Positions 16,344 through 23,860 of a stretch of 33,438 bases of DNA are shown here, piece after piece. The position numbers and the translations under genes were made by a program. The stretch lies in assembly GCA_965366365.1 (NCBI GenBank), contig CBDUEV010000031.1:1-33438 (forward strand), written 5' to 3'. This stretch comes from an uncultured Acidimicrobiia bacterium (GTDB lineage Bacteria > Actinomycetota > Acidimicrobiia > Spongiisociales > JAENVV01). How positions within the stretch are numbered: the first letter of the stretch is position 1; every line of letters starts with the position of its first letter. Below the pieces are notes generated by a model, which was not told the origin of the DNA, did not search any database, and saw only the letters and a list, made by a program, of their open reading frames with translations.

Positions 16344-17372
16344 ATGAGCGATTTTCTCGCCGCCGCCGCTGCCGCCGTAGGTGGGCCGGAAGAGCTCGTC
16401 GAGCGATCGGCCCGCGCCCGCGCCGCAGCCACGGGTGCGGACTACGAAGCGATACTCCAGGCTTGGGCCGGCGGCGGTGAAGCGCCTGCCCCGTCGACAG
16501 TGTCCGGTTCAGCACCTGCCGCCGCGGAGGAGCCATCGGCGCCGGAAACGCAGCCACCAGCCGAGGCACCTTCCGAAGCTCCGGCAGAGGCGCCGGACCC
16601 GCCCGCACCGTCGGGCGTGGAAGCCGCCGCGGACGAGGGTCGGGATGCTCCCCGCGTCGTCGAGGGCCCTCCCCCACCCGCAACGGTGAGCGTCGAGGAA
16701 GCCGCCGATTGGGAGGTGGTGACCACCGTCCCGGCTGCCGGCCTCAAGGAACGAACCGCTTCGCTCATTCCTGCCTGGCTGATGGGTTTCTTCGTTCTCA
16801 TTCCGCTCTTTGCGGTCGCCTACATCGCCGTGTACTCGAACGGACCTGAGTGCGGGTCGGGCGGCCAGCTCAGGGTCGATTTCCGCAATCAACTCGTCAA
16901 CTGCGACGGATCCGCCTACGAGGGCGCGGGCGGGCCTGGCGGTGGCGGGATCAACTACGTGGCGATCGGTGCGGACGTCTACACCAATGTGGCTCAGTGC
17001 GCAGGATGTCACGGTTCCGACGGTGGCGGTGGCAGTGCCGGCCCCACCCTCTTGGGGGTCAACGGGACCTTCGGTTCCTGCGCCGACCACCAACAGTGGA
17101 TCACTCTGGGCAGCCAAGGATGGATCGACACGATCGGCCCGAACTATGGGGATGCCAACAAGCCGGCCGGGGGCTTCGGAGCCAAGATGCCCGGTTTCGC
17201 CTCACTCACAGCCGAGCAACTCGCGGCCGTGACCGTGTACGAGCGGGTGGTGTTCGGCGGAGCAGGCATCGATGAAACACTCGAGAATTGTGGCCTCGTA
17301 GAGACCGAAGAGGCACCAGATGAGGCACCGACCGATGCCGAAACGACCCCAACCACAGAGCCCGCTTCCTGA
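16344..17372 (+). CDS. Membrane-anchored monoheme class-I cytochrome c (CcoP-like C-domain) with an N-terminal helical module
   Basis: GGAGTAGG Shine-Dalgarno. The N-terminal module and a Pro/Ala/Glu linker are followed by one TM helix, a single CAGCH, and an MPGF Met ligand. Confidence 0.8.
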   Translation: MSDFLAAAAAAVGGPEELVERSARARAAATGADYEAILQAWAGGGEAPAPSTVSGSAPAAAEEPSAPETQPPAEAPSEAPAEAPDPPAPSGVEAAADEGRDAPRVVEGPPPPATVSVEEAADWEVVTTVPAAGLKERTASLIPAWLMGFFVLIPLFAVAYIAVYSNGPECGSGGQLRVDFRNQLVNCDGSAYEGAGGPGGGGINYVAIGADVYTNVAQCAGCHGSDGGGGSAGPTLLGVNGTFGSCADHQQWITLGSQGWIDTIGPNYGDANKPAGGFGAKMPGFASLTAEQLAAVTVYERVVFGGAGIDETLENCGLVETEEAPDEAPTDAETTPTTEPAS

Positions 17373-17650
17373 TTTGGCGGCCCGGGTGGGCCACCAATCG
17401 ACCCCAAAACCCCTCCCACAGCGCATATTCTCGGGAATTTCCTGTATTTGGAGTGACTAATCACAAAATGACTAAAGATTTTGGTCACCACTTCCGATAC
17501 TATGCAGGTGCGGCTTCCCGCCTCAGGGCAGGGAGTCGCTGAAGACAACTGAGGTCGCCACGTTTATGCCTTGGGCACGTTCAGTGACCAAAGGTGTATC
17601 GGAAGCCTCCCAGCCCGCCCCGATGGCGGCTCTCAGTTGGATTCGAGGAA

Positions 17651-17680
17651 GGGCGAGGCTTCGGCCTCGCCCTTCTGTTT
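17651..17680 (+). terminator. Rho-independent terminator (GGGCGAGGC-TTCG-GCCTCGCCC followed by TTCTGTTT)
   Basis: Perfect 9-bp GC-rich stem, tetraloop and T-rich tail, seen directly. Confidence 0.6.
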
Positions 17681-17744
17681 GCCCAGCGCCTCGGTAGCCC
17701 GGCGCCTCGGTAGCCCAGCGCCCCGGTGGCCCAGCGCCTCGATT
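17681..17744. repeat. 4 x 16-bp tandem repeat (GCCCAGCGCCTCGGTA and variants)
   Basis: Direct reading gives units at 17681, 17697, 17713 and 17729. Confidence 0.8.
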
Positions 17745-17785
17745 GGACCGCTTCCGTCCAGCTCCGATGACTAACGTGACCCTCC

Positions 17786-18601
17786 ATGCCGGGAGTCATC
17801 AGCTTTCTGTCCGATTTCGGCCACGGAGACGAATTCGTGGGGGTGGTTCACGGCGTCATCGCCAAAGTGGCTCCTGATGTGCGAGTCATCGACGTGAACC
17901 ACGGAGTCGACCGAGGATCGATCCGCGCTGGAGCTCTGTCCCTCCTGCGAGCAATCCAATACCTCCCGGAAGGGGTCGCCCTAGCCGTGGTGGACCCGGG
18001 CGTCGGCACTGCGCGCGCTGCGATCGCCGTCCAGACCTCGTGGGGCTTCTTCGTGGGCCCAGACAACGGCCTCCTCTCGCCGGCGGTCGCCATGGTGGGC
18101 GGCGCCCACCGCGTGCACGCCATCGAGAATCCCGAGCTGATCATTCCGAGCCAGGGAGCCACGTTCGACGGACGGGATCGGTTCGCGCCCGCCGCCGCGG
18201 TGCTCGCCGACGGGCAGGCCGGCATCGAGGACATGGGACCGACCCTCGACCCCAACGAGTTGGTCCCCACCCTGCTGCCGCTGCCTGACGTCGACGGAGA
18301 TCATGTCCGAGGGGCAGCTTGGTGGATCGACCATTTCGGGAACGTGCAGACCAACGTCGCTCCCGCAGACCTCGCCGGGCTCGGAGCGGACGTCGGCTCC
18401 AACCTGGCTGTGCAGCTCGGGGCGGCGAGTCACGATCTCCCCTACGTGCGGGCGTACGGCGACGTGGCGTCCGGCGAGCCCATGGTCCTGATCGACTCCC
18501 AGGGCCTCGCAGCCATTTGCGTTCGCGATGGCAGGGCAGACGAGACGTTCGGCCTTGACGTGGACCGGCCCGTGACGTTCCGCTATCCGCCGGCCAGCTG
18601 A
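17786..18601 (+). CDS. SAM hydroxide adenosyltransferase (DUF62; fluorinase/chlorinase superfamily)
   Basis: N-terminal ISFLSDFG.GDEFVG..HGVI, VVDPGVGT and GPDNGLL motifs of the family. Confidence 0.8.
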   Translation: MPGVISFLSDFGHGDEFVGVVHGVIAKVAPDVRVIDVNHGVDRGSIRAGALSLLRAIQYLPEGVALAVVDPGVGTARAAIAVQTSWGFFVGPDNGLLSPAVAMVGGAHRVHAIENPELIIPSQGATFDGRDRFAPAAAVLADGQAGIEDMGPTLDPNELVPTLLPLPDVDGDHVRGAAWWIDHFGNVQTNVAPADLAGLGADVGSNLAVQLGAASHDLPYVRAYGDVASGEPMVLIDSQGLAAICVRDGRADETFGLDVDRPVTFRYPPAS

Positions 18602-18767
18602 ACCGTGAACACGACCCCGGCGATGGCGAGGGCGAGAAGGAGGGCAACGATCACGAAGGTGGTGGCGGGACGCATGAGGCGCGCAGGATAGCGGCCTGCT
18701 CTTCGGCCCAGGTGAAGAGGACTCCACGGTGGGTTGGGCCGACCCGGGTGCGGGTTAGCATTGACTC

Positions 18768-19658
18768 ATGACCGCCACTGACCACGAGCACCTCGCCACG
18801 AAGCTGGCCCGTCAGGGGGGCGTGGTCATGTTGGCCGGCTCGCACGACACGGGGAAGACGACGCTCGCCCGCCAAGTGCTCGCCGCCGCCCTGGCCGAGG
18901 GCAAGACCGCCGCCTACGTAGACGCCGATGTGGCCCAATCCACGGTGGGGCCACCCACCTGCGTCGGCCTGCGTTGGGTTCGTGGCCGTGCGGATCTCGA
19001 CGATTTGAGTCGCGCCGATGAGCTTCGTTTCGTCGGTTCGACGAATCCTTCCCGGCTGGTTCTGCAGATGGTGATCGCCTCGGCCACCCTGGTCGACGTG
19101 GCCCGGCCCGAGGTCGACCTCGTCGTGATCGACACCACGGGATCGATCTCGGGTGTGACAGGCCAGACTCTGAAATACCACAAGGTGGAGCTGACCCGCC
19201 CCGACACGGTCGTGGCCCTGCAGCGGGGCGCGGAGATGGAGCCCATCATCGGCATGCTCCGCCGGTTCTTCTCGATCGAGGTTCTGACCGCGGCGGTTCA
19301 CCCGGATCTGGTCCCGGCGTCGGCCGATATCCGGTCCGCGACTCGGATCGAGAAGATTGCCCGCGCCTTGGCTCCGCCGCTGGAGGCGTGGCGAGTGAGG
19401 CCGACGGTCTTCGCTCCAACCCTCCCCGCCGGCCTCGACCTCCGACGGCTCCAAGACATGCTGGTTGGCATCCAGGACGGGTTTGGTCGCTGCCTGGGAC
19501 TTGGGGTGCTCACGTATGAAGAGGACGTCCTGCGGGTGCTCACCAACGTCGGTGAGGGCATGCAGGGACTCCGCCTCGGGTCGACGAGGGTCGACCCAAC
19601 CACCTTCACCACCAGCCCGGTCAACCTGCGCGAGGTGATGTTCGGGATCGAGACCTGA
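18768..19658 (+). CDS. Clp1/polynucleotide-kinase-like P-loop NTPase
   Basis: Walker A GSHDTGKTT followed by YVDADVAQSTVGPP (Clp1-type DxDxGQ-like); Walker B-like VVIDTTG. Confidence 0.55.
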   Translation: MTATDHEHLATKLARQGGVVMLAGSHDTGKTTLARQVLAAALAEGKTAAYVDADVAQSTVGPPTCVGLRWVRGRADLDDLSRADELRFVGSTNPSRLVLQMVIASATLVDVARPEVDLVVIDTTGSISGVTGQTLKYHKVELTRPDTVVALQRGAEMEPIIGMLRRFFSIEVLTAAVHPDLVPASADIRSATRIEKIARALAPPLEAWRVRPTVFAPTLPAGLDLRRLQDMLVGIQDGFGRCLGLGVLTYEEDVLRVLTNVGEGMQGLRLGSTRVDPTTFTTSPVNLREVMFGIET

Positions 19659-19693
19659 TCAAGAGCTGATCGTGAAAACCCGATACCTGAAGG

Positions 19694-20296
19694 ATGGCGC
19701 GCCTCGACAACCTCATCCTCAGCGTCGCCTTGGTTCTCGTCGGATTCAGCACCGCGTCGGCATCCTACGAGGTGTCGGCAACCGGCCCGCCTCAGGGAGT
19801 GCCCTCTGAGTTCGCGCTCCCCTCCGTCGCAGCGCCCGACGCCAACCTCGTTCAACTTGACGACGTGGAAGAGGAGTTCCTGAGCCTTCTCAACGTCGAG
19901 CGAGCCGCCGTGGGGCTCCCCGCTCTGAGCAGGTATTTCGACCTCGAGGACGACGCAGCCGCCCACACGGCCGCGATGATCGAAACGGGGGACATCTACC
20001 ACTCCGCCGACCTGACCCTGGTCACGACCGGTTGGGAGGCCCTCGGCGAGAACGTCGGCTACGGACCCACGGTCGACAAGCTGCATACCGCCTTCATGAA
20101 TTCACCGCACCACCGCGACAACGTCGTCGGCGAGTACGACCGTGTCGGGATCAGCGCGGACCGCAACCCGTCCGGCGTGATCTTCGTCACGTTCATCTTC
20201 ATGAGGACGGCCGTCCCATCACCCGTCACACTGATTCCGGAGACCGCAGGGCCGGCCGCCGGGATCGCCGGGGCTCTCTGGCTGGGAGAGCAATAG
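19694..20296 (+). CDS. Secreted CAP/SCP/PR-1-like domain protein
   Basis: Signal peptide (LILSVALVLVGFSTASA), LN.ER...GLP.L, GENVGYG and HHRDNVVG.Y..VG motifs. Confidence 0.6.
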   Translation: MARLDNLILSVALVLVGFSTASASYEVSATGPPQGVPSEFALPSVAAPDANLVQLDDVEEEFLSLLNVERAAVGLPALSRYFDLEDDAAAHTAAMIETGDIYHSADLTLVTTGWEALGENVGYGPTVDKLHTAFMNSPHHRDNVVGEYDRVGISADRNPSGVIFVTFIFMRTAVPSPVTLIPETAGPAAGIAGALWLGEQ

Positions 20297-20308
20297 CTGC
20301 AAACCGGT

Positions 20309-20809
20309 TCACACCCTCCGGGTCATCACCGCCACCCGTCCAGTCGAGAGGATCTTCCTGCCTTTCTGGACGGCATCATGCGGCCCGCGCACATCGAGGC
20401 CCGATGCCTGCCAACGGGCGGCCACCTCTTCGAGTGGTTCGTCGGTCTCGAAGGCCACACCGGCCAGTGCGTCGCGCGGGGCGTCGATGACCTCGACGAG
20501 CAGTCCGGCGAGGACGAAGCCGGCACGTTGCCCGCGGCGCGTCTCTCCGATGCGGCGGACGTCTCCTCCTGCCTCGGCGAGTAGATCGAGCGTTCCTTCG
20601 AAGTTCGAGGCAGTGATGGCGACGTGGTCCACCCCCCACCCCGGAACCTCGACGGCGTCGGTCGGAACGTCGACCACCGTCACGGCGAGGGCGGGTTGCC
20701 GTCCCTCCCATCTCCAACCGGCCGGTCCGTCGATGATGGTCACGTTGTCGAGCCGCGCCACGGACGGGAATCCGAGCCGGTCGAGGGGAAACGAGAGCAC
20801 CGTGATCAC
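20309..20809 (-). CDS. Glyoxalase/bleomycin-resistance/dioxygenase (VOC) family protein (tentative)
   Basis: VDHVAI... pattern and size fit VOC-fold proteins, but motif support is weak. Confidence 0.4.
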   Translation of the reverse strand: MITVLSFPLDRLGFPSVARLDNVTIIDGPAGWRWEGRQPALAVTVVDVPTDAVEVPGWGVDHVAITASNFEGTLDLLAEAGGDVRRIGETRRGQRAGFVLAGLLVEVIDAPRDALAGVAFETDEPLEEVAARWQASGLDVRGPHDAVQKGRKILSTGRVAVMTRRV

Positions 20810-20876
20810 CCGCTCAGGCTACCCGCCCAACCGGACCCTCCCTCTCGCAGAAGGCGGCCGAGAATCGCGGCTCCCA

Positions 20877-21020
20877 GCGCAGAACGCCTACGGCGTTCTG
20901 CAACGCGTCCCCGACGCCCTACGTCCGGGAAATCGCGCCTCACAGCGCAGAACGCCGAAGGCGTCCTGCAACGCGTCCCCGACGCTCTGCGTCGGGGACG
21001 CGCAGCGTCGGGGACGCGCA
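20877..21020. repeat. Two tandem copies (~67-bp period) of a REP-like GC-rich palindromic element
   Basis: Unit: GCGCAGAACGCC-N3-GGCGTYCTGCAACGCGTCCCCGACGC.CT.CGTC.GGGA. Copy 2 contains a perfect 13-bp hairpin GCGTCCCCGACGC-TCT-GCGTCGGGGACGC plus an extra half-site. Confidence 0.7.
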
Positions 21021-21270
21021 AAGACCCAAGGAACCGAGATCGAACGCACCCCGCACTTCCCCGAACGGTTTACGGTCTCGCTTCGGCACCTTGGGCCTTG
21101 CTGATCTGAATGTACGAAGCCTGGTTAGCGGCGTCAACCCGGTCAATTTGGCCATATTTCGCGACTTCACTGCGGTTACCTGGCTATATTCGGTGCTAAC
21201 CAGCCATGGTTTTTCGCGACTTTTCCTGGTTATCCCCAGAATCCACAGCTTTCCACAGGCGGTTGTACAC

Positions 21271-21304
21271 AACCCTTGTAGACAAGTATCTCAAGGGTTT
21301 TTTT
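21271..21304 (+). terminator. Terminator-like hairpin AACCCTTG-(13 nt)-CAAGGGTT followed by T7, inside a lower-GC intergenic island (about 21090-21325)
   Basis: 8-bp stem with T7 tract on the plus strand, seen directly. The loop is long (13 nt). No plus-strand protein gene ends nearby. Confidence 0.4.
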
Positions 21305-21325
21305 GACACTCTCCGCGTGCCGCGT

Positions 21326-21754
21326 TCAGCGTCCGAATCCCGACCTGAGGAGGGGTCGGAACGAGACTTCGACAGCTTCGTAGACCTCACCGAGGATGGC
21401 GTCGAGTTCGTCGGCTGTCACGTGTTCGATGGCGGTCCTCCCCTGCAGGTGAATGCCGCCTTCTCGGTCGATCGTGTAGTGCACCCTCCAGGCGCTCTGG
21501 TTTCTGAAGAGAAGCTGTCGGTACACCTCGACGAGGTTGTCGGGCGGTCCAGGCAGCAGGTACGCCTCGTACCGCAAGGTCCGGTCGCCTACTTCGAACC
21601 AGACCGTCGTGTAGTCACGTGTCTCCTGAGACATCCTGACGGCCCACCGGCCATCTACCTGCTCGCGGTATTCGACCGCCGAATCGGGGTCTGCCACCCA
21701 AGCTTCGAGGGTTCGGGCGAGGATCGCCTCTGTCTCAGCTCGTGATGCCGGCAT
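21326..21754 (-). CDS. YbjN-domain protein (putative sensory-transduction-regulator / chaperone-like fold)
   Basis: ATG at 21752-21754 overlaps the mshA 3' end by 20 nt. Size and hydrophobic/acidic pattern are typical of YbjN/DUF proteins. The ORF-track start at 21919 over-extends. Confidence 0.5.
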   Translation of the reverse strand: MPASRAETEAILARTLEAWVADPDSAVEYREQVDGRWAVRMSQETRDYTTVWFEVGDRTLRYEAYLLPGPPDNLVEVYRQLLFRNQSAWRVHYTIDREGGIHLQGRTAIEHVTADELDAILGEVYEAVEVSFRPLLRSGFGR

Positions 21755-22955
21755 AGAGTTCGAGCAGTCGGTCTGCGGTTGCTTGCCAGGAGAACTGATC
21801 GGCGTAATCCAACGCTCCTTTGGAGAGCCGCTCGGCGAGTTCATCGTCGGTGAAGATCTCCAGAATGCGGGTGGCGAAGTTCTCAGGGGAGCCGGGGTTG
21901 ACCAGGAAGCCCGACTCATCGTCGGCCACCGCGTAGGAGAGGCCGCCTGCTTGGGCAGCCACCACGGGCACTCCGCACGCTTGGGCCTCGACCGCCACCA
22001 GCCCGAATGTCTCGCTCCGGGAGGGGAGGATCACCGCGTCTGCGGCGCGGTAGAACGTGACCAGATCGTCGTGTGGTTGCGGCTCGAAGAAGACGACGGC
22101 GTCACGCAGGCCAAGGCCGTCGACCATGGCGTGGAGGCGTGCCAGCTCTGCGCGCCCTCCCGGACCGCTGGCTCCGCCCACGATGACGAGGCGCGCATCG
22201 TCCAGTTTCTCGCGGACCAGAGCAAACGCCTCGACGGCCACATCCGGGGCTTTGAGGGCCTGGATTCGCCCAACGAAGAGCAGCAGCGGACCGTTCTCAC
22301 CCAAACCGAGTTCAGCACGTGCCCGAGGCCGGTCTCCGGGACGGAAGGTGTCGTGGTCGATTCCCGGTGGCGACACACAGAGCCGGGCAGGATCGGCACC
22401 GTAGTGATCGAGCAGGTCTTCTGCTTCGTAGGGAGTGGACCCGATCACGCAATCGGATCCGGCGATGACTTCGTGTTCAGCGGCGATCCGAACCACCGCC
22501 GAGGCGGGTTCGTCGTCCCGTCGGGTGGCGTCCTTCACCCGGCCAAGCGTGTGAAACGAGTTGGCGAGCGGCAAGTCGAGAATCCGCTTGACCATGAGAC
22601 CCGCCCAGCCGGACAGCCAGTAGTGACTGTGCACGAGGTCGTAGTTGCGGTGATTGGCCTTGGACCAGTCGATGACCGCCTCGGCGAATTCGAACACACA
22701 GTCCGTCAGCCCGGCGATCGGCACGGGGTGCAGAGGGCCGGCCGGGATGTGGATCACCCTGTAGTTGGGGGTGACCTGGACGATCGGTTCGAGGTCCGCG
22801 GAGGTGGCTCGTGTGAACACATCGACTTCGATGCCCCGGTCCGCCATGGTCTGAGCGAGCTCATGGATGTAGACGTTCATTCCCCCGGCGTCGCCCTGTC
22901 CAGGCTGCAGGAGGGGTGAGGTATGGAGGGAGAGGTAGGCAACCTGCTTGATCAT
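21735..22955 (-). CDS. mshA: D-inositol-3-phosphate glycosyltransferase MshA (mycothiol biosynthesis)
   Basis: N-terminal signature LSLHTSPLLQPGQGDAGGMNVYIHELAQTMADRGIEVDVFTR, and a GT4 fold with E..G..VVEA.ACG.PV. Confidence 0.9.
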   Translation of the reverse strand: MIKQVAYLSLHTSPLLQPGQGDAGGMNVYIHELAQTMADRGIEVDVFTRATSADLEPIVQVTPNYRVIHIPAGPLHPVPIAGLTDCVFEFAEAVIDWSKANHRNYDLVHSHYWLSGWAGLMVKRILDLPLANSFHTLGRVKDATRRDDEPASAVVRIAAEHEVIAGSDCVIGSTPYEAEDLLDHYGADPARLCVSPPGIDHDTFRPGDRPRARAELGLGENGPLLLFVGRIQALKAPDVAVEAFALVREKLDDARLVIVGGASGPGGRAELARLHAMVDGLGLRDAVVFFEPQPHDDLVTFYRAADAVILPSRSETFGLVAVEAQACGVPVVAAQAGGLSYAVADDESGFLVNPGSPENFATRILEIFTDDELAERLSKGALDYADQFSWQATADRLLELYAGITS

Positions 22956-23860
22956 GCGGAGCCCGCTACCTGATAGAGCGGTCGAGGCTGAGCGCCCAAC
23001 CGGTACTTGTAGTGCTCGTCGCCCTTCAGGAAATCGAAGACGGGCTTACCGCGTTCGATGGTGAGTTCGATCAACCTCCCCAACAGCACCACCCCCGGCG
23101 ACGAGTCCCTGAACTGGGGGTTGTACGAGGAGTTGTAGAGGTAGTAACCGTCAGAATCCTGGTATCCGAAACCGGCCGCCGTGACGTGCCCGTCCTCACC
23201 CACCAACGCATCGAGCCCCCATCCAGGCAGCTCAGCCAGGGCGGCGAACCAGGCCTCCATCTCCGCCGTCATGAACTCGCCTTTCTCCCCGGCGGCCATG
23301 CGGTGGAACCTCACGAAGTCATCGAACAGCGGGCCTGTCCCGGTGGCATGAACAAACCGGGCCGGACCCAGTGCGGCTTCGTAGCGCCGGCGTTTCCTCC
23401 GAAGTTCGTGGCGCTCCTTTTTGCCGATCAGGGTGAGGTATTCGTCGAACGTGTCGGGGAGGTCGAGCACCGCGGCACTGGCATGTTCGGCCGTCTCGCA
23501 GCCGAAGCCTGCGGCGATGGCCCCTTTGGCGAGGACCTCCGCCGCCTCGAGGGGCAAGGAGTCGAGCTCGAACCGCGTCCCGGACGGCAGGGACTCCAAT
23601 GTCGTGGCGAGTAGGCGCTCGATCCCGGACCCGACCGGGCTTCGGTAGTCGATGAGATCCGGGGATCCGACGAACTGCAAGACCCCATCGACGATGGAAA
23701 GCGGCAGCGCTCCCTCCTCATGCGCCACCAGATGGAGCTCCGCGCCGTCGGGTCGATGGTGCTCCCACACCGCCGACAGGAACCGAGGGCCGGCGAAGGG
23801 GCCGATCGACTTGGCCAACGGAGGGAGATCAAAGCTCGGGTTGTCCCACATGACTGTCAC
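22952..23860 (-). CDS. GNAT-fold acyltransferase (FemAB/CelD-BioF2-like family)
   Basis: ATGA overlap with the mshA start. The family call rests only on a judged pattern similarity to CelD-like Acetyltransf_6; no motif was verified. Confidence 0.5.
   Translation of the reverse strand: MTVMWDNPSFDLPPLAKSIGPFAGPRFLSAVWEHHRPDGAELHLVAHEEGALPLSIVDGVLQFVGSPDLIDYRSPVGSGIERLLATTLESLPSGTRFELDSLPLEAAEVLAKGAIAAGFGCETAEHASAAVLDLPDTFDEYLTLIGKKERHELRRKRRRYEAALGPARFVHATGTGPLFDDFVRFHRMAAGEKGEFMTAEMEAWFAALAELPGWGLDALVGEDGHVTAAGFGYQDSDGYYLYNSSYNPQFRDSSPGVVLLGRLIELTIERGKPVFDFLKGDEHYKYRLGAQPRPLYQVAGSA

Noticed and set aside
17373-17650. SAM riboswitch upstream of the SAM-utilising DUF62 gene
   Set aside because: No recognisable SAM-I or SAM-IV conserved core could be identified by eye. 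It is retained only as a generic structured-leader hypothesis in the findings.
17681-17744. CRISPR array considered for the 16-bp repeat arrays here and at 33285..33396
   Set aside because: These are pure tandem repeats with no spacers. The units are too short, and no cas genes are present.
17786-18601. Possible fluorinase (FlA), given that crcB fluoride exporter lies 10 kb away
   Set aside because: The protein matches the generic DUF62 SAM hydroxide adenosyltransferase core without an obvious extra loop. crcB is not linked (other strand, unrelated neighbours) and is common in bacteria.
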